From Corynebacterium glutamicum ATCC 13032 (GTDB lineage: Bacteria > Actinomycetota > Actinomycetes > Mycobacteriales > Mycobacteriaceae), in assembly GCF_000011325.1 (NCBI RefSeq), contig NC_003450.3:420001-452000 (forward strand): a DNA stretch of 32,000 bases, read 5' to 3'. Below the pieces are notes generated by a model. That model was not told the origin of the DNA and searched no databases. It saw only the letters and a list, made by a program, of their open reading frames with translations. The stretch's first letter is position 1. Each line of letters opens with the position of its first letter. This document shows positions 26,538-32,000 of the stretch, one piece after another. The position numbers and the translations under genes were made by a program.

Positions 26538-27389
26538 ATGAACGACAGTATTCTCCTCGGCCTAATCGGCCAGGGCCTCGACCTATCGCGCACCCCCGCA
26601 ATGCACGAGGCGGAAGGCCTCGCGCAGGGACGTGCGACGGTGTACAGGCGCATCGACACGCTTGGGTCGCGTGCTTCCGGGCAAGATTTAAAGACGCTTC
26701 TCGACGCCGCCCTCTACCTTGGCTTCAACGGCCTGAACATCACTCACCCGTACAAACAAGCAGTATTACCCCTGCTTGACGAAGTCTCCGAACAAGCCAC
26801 CCAACTCGGCGCAGTGAATACTGTCGTTATCGACGCCACCGGCCACACCACCGGCCACAACACCGACGTCTCCGGATTTGGCCGCGGAATGGAAGAAGGC
26901 CTCCCCAACGCCAAGCTCGATTCCGTCGTGCAGGTCGGCGCCGGCGGCGTAGGAAACGCAGTGGCATACGCCCTGGTCACCCACGGTGTGCAGAAACTTC
27001 AGGTCGCTGACCTCGACACTTCCCGCGCGCAGGCACTGGCAGATGTCATCAACAACGCAGTCGGCCGTGAAGCCGTCGTGGGAGTAGACGCCCGCGGCAT
27101 CGAAGACGTCATCGCCGCCGCCGACGGAGTAGTCAACGCAACCCCCATGGGAATGCCAGCACACCCCGGCACCGCCTTTGATGTCAGCTGCCTCACCAAG
27201 GATCACTGGGTTGGCGACGTCGTGTACATGCCCATCGAAACTGAACTTCTCAAAGCCGCCCGTGCCCTCGGCTGCGAAACCCTCGACGGAACCCGCATGG
27301 CAATCCACCAAGCCGTCGATGCCTTCCGACTGTTCACCGGCCTCGAACCCGACGTCTCCCGCATGCGGGAAACTTTCCTGTCCCTCTAA
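26538..27389 (+). CDS. qsuD: Quinate/shikimate dehydrogenase (AroE/YdiB family)
   Basis: From the ATG at 26538 the protein begins MNDSILLGLIGQGLDLSRTPAMHE, which is the typical family N-terminus. It also has NITHPYK and GAGGVGNAVAYAL Rossmann motifs. The longer track ORF from 26379 would overlap qsuC. Confidence 0.9.
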   Translation: MNDSILLGLIGQGLDLSRTPAMHEAEGLAQGRATVYRRIDTLGSRASGQDLKTLLDAALYLGFNGLNITHPYKQAVLPLLDEVSEQATQLGAVNTVVIDATGHTTGHNTDVSGFGRGMEEGLPNAKLDSVVQVGAGGVGNAVAYALVTHGVQKLQVADLDTSRAQALADVINNAVGREAVVGVDARGIEDVIAAADGVVNATPMGMPAHPGTAFDVSCLTKDHWVGDVVYMPIETELLKAARALGCETLDGTRMAIHQAVDAFRLFTGLEPDVSRMRETFLSL

Positions 27390-27394
27390 AAGAG

Positions 27395-27670
27395 TCAGTA
27401 AAACCTCGACGCTTCGACCGTTTCCTTCGCTTCCTTCAACCCTGCCCCGGTAAGTTCACGGTGACGTTTGATCGCCGCGATCTTCTTACCCTGCTGCAGG
27501 AGCGCCACAACGTCAGGATGTAACCCTGATTGTGGTCTTTGCAACGACAGCGGAATCGAAGAATCACCCCCTAGCTGAGCAATGATCCGATCTTGCTCAG
27601 CTAGTCTGCGTTCAAGAGCAGCAACACGAGCTTCCAAAGCACTGAGATTTACGTCTTTTCTGCCAAACAT
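27395..27670 (-). CDS. Small hypothetical protein: N-terminal coiled-coil-like segment plus a C-terminal ribosomal L7/L12-CTD-like motif
   Basis: 91-aa ORF. The C-terminal KKIAAIKRHRELTGAGLKEAKETVE closely resembles the K(V/I)AVIK.VRE.TGLGLKEAKDLVE segment of L7/L12. Confidence 0.55.
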   Translation of the reverse strand: MFGRKDVNLSALEARVAALERRLAEQDRIIAQLGGDSSIPLSLQRPQSGLHPDVVALLQQGKKIAAIKRHRELTGAGLKEAKETVEASRFY

Positions 27671-27830
27671 GCCCCCACAATAGGTGAGTGCTTAGTTTCG
27701 GGGGTGTCCCATGCTCAACTTCGCGTCATACGACTTCAGTAGGAAATCCGGTGATCGCCTAATGAAGTCTACACATGAGAAGTCGCCCTTTAAGGTGATC
27801 AAATGCCTCTTTGGCTCACCAGCAGTCGAA

Positions 27831-27889
27831 AACCAAACCAGGTGACCGAGATTCCCTGAGGAAAAAGTTTTCGGTCACCTAGTTTGGTC
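27831..27889. other. Long near-perfect hairpin (repeat head module); could act as a minus-strand terminator for the ABC operon
   Basis: AACCAAACCAGGTGACCGA (27831-27849) pairs with TCGGTCACCTAGTTTGGT (27871-27888) at 18 of 19 positions around a 21-nt loop. On the minus strand the stem is followed by TTTTC. Confidence 0.45.
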
Positions 27890-27908
27890 TGCCTAGATTC
27901 ACAGTAAA

Positions 27909-28006
27909 GAACCCGGAAAACATGCCCTCGCAGAATCGCGTCTAAGCCCCTAAAACGCCTCGACCCATACTTAGACCCATCCGCGAAATTGGACCCCTTA
28001 AAATTA
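27909..28006 (+). repeat. Repeat tail module Y2
   Basis: Aligns to Y1 (16870..16966) and to the tails of the A and B units. It ends with GGACCCCTTAAAATTAGG. Confidence 0.7.
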
Positions 28007-28021
28007 GGCGTCAGTATTAGG

Positions 28022-28130
28022 CCAAGGAGCACTTTTCTTGGGGAGCTTTTGGTCTCAAACTGCAGTTTCGTCGCCTCGAAATGTGCAAATGAGACCAAGG
28101 CACCACATCGCCGCCGCCGTTTTGGTTTAA
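28022..28130 (+). repeat. Repeat head module X2; its last bases overlap the stop codon of the ABC ATPase gene
   Basis: Aligns to X1. The terminal GTTTTGGTTTAA (28119-28130) contains the minus-strand TAA stop codon (28127-28129). Confidence 0.85.
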
Positions 28131-29179
28131 TCCGCGCGGTAGACCATCGGGTTGTCGATGCTGAGCCCGATGGTTTCGCCGATTTCGGGGAGGGAGCAAG
28201 TGATGGACATTCGGAAACTGTGTCCGCTCTGGGTTTTCGCGGTCACGGAATAGGACGTGACCTGGAACAGCACCGAGGTGATCTCCGCGAAAATGTAATC
28301 GGGGTGATGAGCGGGGCCGATGTCAACGGAGTGGGGTGGGATCGCGATGTCGACGAGGTCGCCGTCGAAAATGTCATCAATCGCCTGTACTGCGTCTAGA
28401 TCCCAAGAAGTATCGAGATCAGGACACATCACTCTGCCATTTCGAACAATTCCATTCAGGACGGTGGCGTCGACGATGAATCGGGCAACATCGGCAGTAG
28501 CGGGGGCGGAAAGGAGCTCAGTAGGGGTGGCTACCTGTTGGATTCGACCGTTGCCGAGTACGACGATGCGGTCAGCGATGGAGATCGCTTCGGCGCGGTC
28601 ATGCGTCACGTGCACAGTAGTGAGGCCTTCGCGCCGGGTCAAAGATACGAGTTCGCGTCGTAAAGCGTCTCGCAGCGGTTCGTCGAGGGCGGAGAGGGCC
28701 TCGTCGAGAAGCAGCACGGTGGGGTCGGCGATGATGGCGCGCGCAAGCGCCACCCGCTGACGTTGACCACCAGACAGGCTGGCCGGTCTGCGACTGCCGA
28801 ACCCCTCAAGCCCCACCAGCGCGAGCGTGCGCTCCACGCGTTTGCTTATCGACGCCCCCTTCTGACCACTTCGCGCCAGCGGGTATCCCACATTCTTGGC
28901 GACCGACATATGCGGCCACACCGCATGCTGCTGAAACACCATGCCCATGCGACGGCGCTCCGGCGGGACATGCGTCATGTCTTCGCCGCCGATGAGCACA
29001 CTGCCGGAACTTGGCTCCACAAACCCCGCGATGGTGCGCAACATGGTGGTTTTACCGGACCCCGACGGCCCGATGAGCACCACAAATTCTTCCGGCTCAA
29101 TTTTCAAATTGATATCTTGCAGCCCGAAGGTTCCGTCGCGGAAGCTCACGCTTAAATCGCGCAATTTGATCGATGACAC
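28127..29179 (-). CDS. ABC importer ATP-binding protein (FbpC/PotA-like)
   Basis: Walker A GPSGSGKTT, signature LSGGQRQRVALARA, Walker B LLLDEALSALD, and a C-terminal TOBE-like regulatory domain. GTG start. Confidence 0.9.
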   Translation of the reverse strand: MSSIKLRDLSVSFRDGTFGLQDINLKIEPEEFVVLIGPSGSGKTTMLRTIAGFVEPSSGSVLIGGEDMTHVPPERRRMGMVFQQHAVWPHMSVAKNVGYPLARSGQKGASISKRVERTLALVGLEGFGSRRPASLSGGQRQRVALARAIIADPTVLLLDEALSALDEPLRDALRRELVSLTRREGLTTVHVTHDRAEAISIADRIVVLGNGRIQQVATPTELLSAPATADVARFIVDATVLNGIVRNGRVMCPDLDTSWDLDAVQAIDDIFDGDLVDIAIPPHSVDIGPAHHPDYIFAEITSVLFQVTSYSVTAKTQSGHSFRMSITCSLPEIGETIGLSIDNPMVYRAD

Positions 29180-30826
29180 CTAAAACTCCTTCTGGCTGCG
29201 CACCGTCAACGCGAGCGCCACGATACCGATAATCGCAAACATCAACGACAACGCCGATGCCTGATTGTAATTTCCCGCCTGCTGCAAATTGAACACCTGC
29301 ACACCCAGGGTGGTGGTGCCCGGCGCGATGAGCAAAATGGACACGGTTAACTCTCGAACCGCAGTTACCGCAACCAGCACTGCGCCGGCGAAAGCTGCGG
29401 GAATTGCCATCGCTCCGGTGGTGTCCATGATGGATCGTAATCTGCCTGCGCCGCTGATTCGTGCGGCTTCTTCGATTGCTTCGGGTGCTTGACTGAGTGG
29501 TCCGCGTACAGCTTGGACAACCAGCGCGGTAAAAGCACACACATATGCACCCAAAATCACCCAAGGTGTGTTGTAAATTCCGGTGTATCTGCCCAAAATG
29601 AGCCAGCCGACGCCGATGATCATGCCCGGCAGTGCGGTGGGAAGCAGCACAGTGAGTGTCAACGGTACGTTGGCGAAATGCTGGGTTCGGGTGATGAGCA
29701 CTCCGATCAGCCATCCCAGCACCCCACAGATTAGGGCTGCACCCAGGGATAACATGAGGGAGTTGCTGAATCCTTCGATTACTCGTGGATTGCTCAGTGC
29801 TGCTTCAAAGTTGTTGAGCGTGATGTTGTCTAGGTTGAACGGCACACCTGGGGCAGGCAGTAATGCTCTGTATGCCAGACCCAGCAGCGGGGCGGCGGTG
29901 ATGATCAACGCGATGATCCACGTGATCACGCTGACTGGGATTCGTGATTTGTTGAGAGTAAAGCGATGCGGTGTTCCTGCGTCTTGCAACTTTGATGCCG
30001 CGTACAAAGACACCAGATAATCCGCGGTTACTGCTGCGATTCCCAGGAACAACAACACGATGCCAATGGTGGATACCACCTGCAATGGATTGCTCACGGT
30101 GCCGGATTCCATGAAGCGATAAATCATGGTGGCTAAGGTTTCAAAACGCGCTGGCGATCCCAACAGAGCTGGAATGCCAAAGTCGGCGAGGTTCGCCACT
30201 GTGGTAAGAGTAAACGCCGACAACAATGCAGGTTTGAGCAGTGGGAGTGTGATGGTGCGCAACACCGTAAAAGTATCCGCCCCCGCGATCCGTGCAGCTT
30301 GCTCCAAATCACTAGGAAGTTGCCTCAGAGCTGCCGAAACAATGATGTACACAGTGGGATAGGAGTGCACAATCAACAAAAATGTCACACCATCAGCGCC
30401 GTAAATATCCCACACTTCCGTGCCGAAAAACCGGTTGATGCCCTGGTTCTTCCCGAACAGCTGCAACCACGCAATAGCCCCAATAAACGGAGGGATCAAC
30501 AGCGGGGATAACAAAAATAACCGCAACGCGGTGCGCCCGAAAACATCAGTTCGGTCCAGCGTGAGAGCCATGATCGTGCCGATAATGGTCGCGCCCACCG
30601 CAGAAAGCACTGTTGTATAGGCGGAATTCCATAGGGCTTTGCCCAATCCGGAATCCCACAGAGCAGGAAACTGATTGCCTCCCAACGCCAAGCCCACCAC
30701 CAGCGCCAACGGAGTGATAAACAACCCCGCGACAATCAGCCACACACCCAGACGCATGAAAGACAAAGACGTCAACGCAGAGATGTGAAAGCGCTGCGTC
30801 GACGTATTTGAAGGAGATAACTGCAT
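29180..30826 (-). CDS. ABC importer permease, fused two-domain (12-TM) FbpB/iron(III)-type
   Basis: 548 aa with two BPD-transporter inner-membrane domains. Its stop abuts the ATPase start. Confidence 0.9.
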   Translation of the reverse strand: MQLSPSNTSTQRFHISALTSLSFMRLGVWLIVAGLFITPLALVVGLALGGNQFPALWDSGLGKALWNSAYTTVLSAVGATIIGTIMALTLDRTDVFGRTALRLFLLSPLLIPPFIGAIAWLQLFGKNQGINRFFGTEVWDIYGADGVTFLLIVHSYPTVYIIVSAALRQLPSDLEQAARIAGADTFTVLRTITLPLLKPALLSAFTLTTVANLADFGIPALLGSPARFETLATMIYRFMESGTVSNPLQVVSTIGIVLLFLGIAAVTADYLVSLYAASKLQDAGTPHRFTLNKSRIPVSVITWIIALIITAAPLLGLAYRALLPAPGVPFNLDNITLNNFEAALSNPRVIEGFSNSLMLSLGAALICGVLGWLIGVLITRTQHFANVPLTLTVLLPTALPGMIIGVGWLILGRYTGIYNTPWVILGAYVCAFTALVVQAVRGPLSQAPEAIEEAARISGAGRLRSIMDTTGAMAIPAAFAGAVLVAVTAVRELTVSILLIAPGTTTLGVQVFNLQQAGNYNQASALSLMFAIIGIVALALTVRSQKEF

Positions 30827-30833
30827 AGGAAAA

Positions 30834-31913
30834 CTAGTTCATTGCGTTTTGGAAGAACTCAACAGCAGCCGCCTTATCAGCGGTTACAACCTCCAGGTCA
30901 GGGGTCATGAGCTCGATGTCAGCCAACTCGGGGGTGCCCTCTGGAGTTCCGACATCTTCACGCACTGGCAGGTATGCCTGCTCAACTGCGATTTCCTGGC
31001 CTTCAACAGACAGCAGGAAGTTGATGTAGCGCTCGGCTGCTTCCTTCTTTTCAGAATCAGCGAACACACCTGCAGGCTCAGTGATGTAAGGAGAACCCTC
31101 CGATGCGTAGATGGTGTCGATTGGAGATCCAGCAGCAGCCAAGTCGCGCACCAAGTAGTCCACCACGATGCCCACTGGGTGGCCACCGCCAGCGATCTCC
31201 TGGGAGGTTGGGCCGTTGGACTGAGCGATCATTGGTTGGTTTTCACCCAAGGCGGTGATCCAGGCTTCGCCAAGCGCAGGGTCGTTCTTCCACACAGAAG
31301 CATTGAAGGCTGCAGCACCAGACACAGCTGGATCCGGCATGACCAGTTGGCCTGCATACTTAGGATCAGTCAGATCAGCCCAAGACGTAGGAAGCTCAGC
31401 CTGATCAACAACTTCAGTGTTGTATGCAATCACGGTTGGGATGATGCGGGTGCCTACATAAAAGTTCTCAGCATCCAGAGCCTCTTCAATGATGTCGGAA
31501 GTCTCAACATCTTCCAGCTCTGCAAGGTCGCCCTGTGCTGCATAAGTTTCAAAGGTTGCAGCATCCGCAGCCCACAACACATCAGCCTCGATAGAACCGG
31601 ATGCCTTTTCAGCTTCAATGCGAGCAGTCAGATCGCCAGTACCAGCGCGGTACACCTCAACCTCAATATCTGGGTTGGCTTCCATGAACGCCTTGTTGAT
31701 CTCATCGACCTTTTCCTCAGGCTCAGAGGTGTAGACGGTGATGGTTACTTTTTCACCGGCTGCATCGGATGCGTTAGCGGAAGAGCTTGCAGTGGTGGTC
31801 TCTGCGGTGGAAACGTCCTCAGAAGGTTCAGAGCAAGCCACGAGGAGAGCAGCGGAAGCGCCGAGTGCAAAAACAGTAACGGCAGTGCGCTTCAAAGGGT
31901 GCTTCGAAGACAT
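30834..31913 (-). CDS. ABC importer periplasmic-type substrate-binding lipoprotein (Fe(III)/spermidine-putrescine family)
   Basis: Signal peptide with the lipobox LVAC, a Ser/Ala/Glu-rich linker, then a family-1 solute-binding fold. It is the first gene of the three-gene minus-strand operon. Confidence 0.85.
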   Translation of the reverse strand: MSSKHPLKRTAVTVFALGASAALLVACSEPSEDVSTAETTTASSSANASDAAGEKVTITVYTSEPEEKVDEINKAFMEANPDIEVEVYRAGTGDLTARIEAEKASGSIEADVLWAADAATFETYAAQGDLAELEDVETSDIIEEALDAENFYVGTRIIPTVIAYNTEVVDQAELPTSWADLTDPKYAGQLVMPDPAVSGAAAFNASVWKNDPALGEAWITALGENQPMIAQSNGPTSQEIAGGGHPVGIVVDYLVRDLAAAGSPIDTIYASEGSPYITEPAGVFADSEKKEAAERYINFLLSVEGQEIAVEQAYLPVREDVGTPEGTPELADIELMTPDLEVVTADKAAAVEFFQNAMN

Positions 31914-32000
31914 GAAAATAAGGCCCTTCTTGAAATTTTAAGGAGTGTTTGGGGGAGGAAATAACATCTTTACATGAATGGGCGCATTTCGCAGGACTTA

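Noticed and set aside
30849-31964. 371-aa + strand ORF antisense to the substrate-binding protein gene
   Set aside because: It is a shadow ORF. The minus-strand product has a signal peptide, a lipobox and an SBP fold.
1-32000. Search for tRNA, rRNA, IS transposase, integrase, toxin-antitoxin or known defence-system genes
   Set aside because: I found no T-loop-like GGTTCGAATCC motifs, no rRNA-like stretches, and no ORF with transposase, integrase or defence-protein signatures. The only nuclease-like candidate is the solitary Vsr/DUF559-like gene reported above.

Overview
This is a high-GC actinobacterial chromosomal segment. By my own recognition of the proteins (no search was run) it matches Corynebacterium glutamicum or a very close relative. 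Most of it is conserved housekeeping: murB (3' part), a DUF1801-like gene, an acyl-CoA synthetase, mshA, gpmA, the SenX3/RegX3-type two-component pair cgtS4-cgtR4, a Vsr/DUF559-like gene, a lone FtsX-type ABC permease, a Cys-rich conserved gene, ppx1, a membrane protein, proC, a small excisionase-type HTH gene, an unlisted 33-aa bS22 ribosomal protein gene, a HAD-IB hydrolase, a glutaredoxin-like gene and hemA-hemC. These are followed by the quinate/shikimate utilisation cluster qsuR/qsuABCD, a small L7/L12-CTD-like gene and a three-gene Fe(III)/polyamine-type ABC importer. I saw no tRNA, rRNA, CRISPR array, transposase or prophage genes. The main signal the genes do not explain is a set of structured intergenic repeats. 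Each unit has a variable hairpin head and a conserved ~90-100 nt tail ending GACCNYTTAAA. There are 8-9 units, all in the same orientation. They occur as two tandem pairs (periods 305 and 354 bp) and as dispersed copies 11-19 kb apart. They abut or overlap gene 3' ends and carry the terminator hairpins of unrelated genes. I cannot tell from the sequence whether this family is already described. Everything else looks ordinary.
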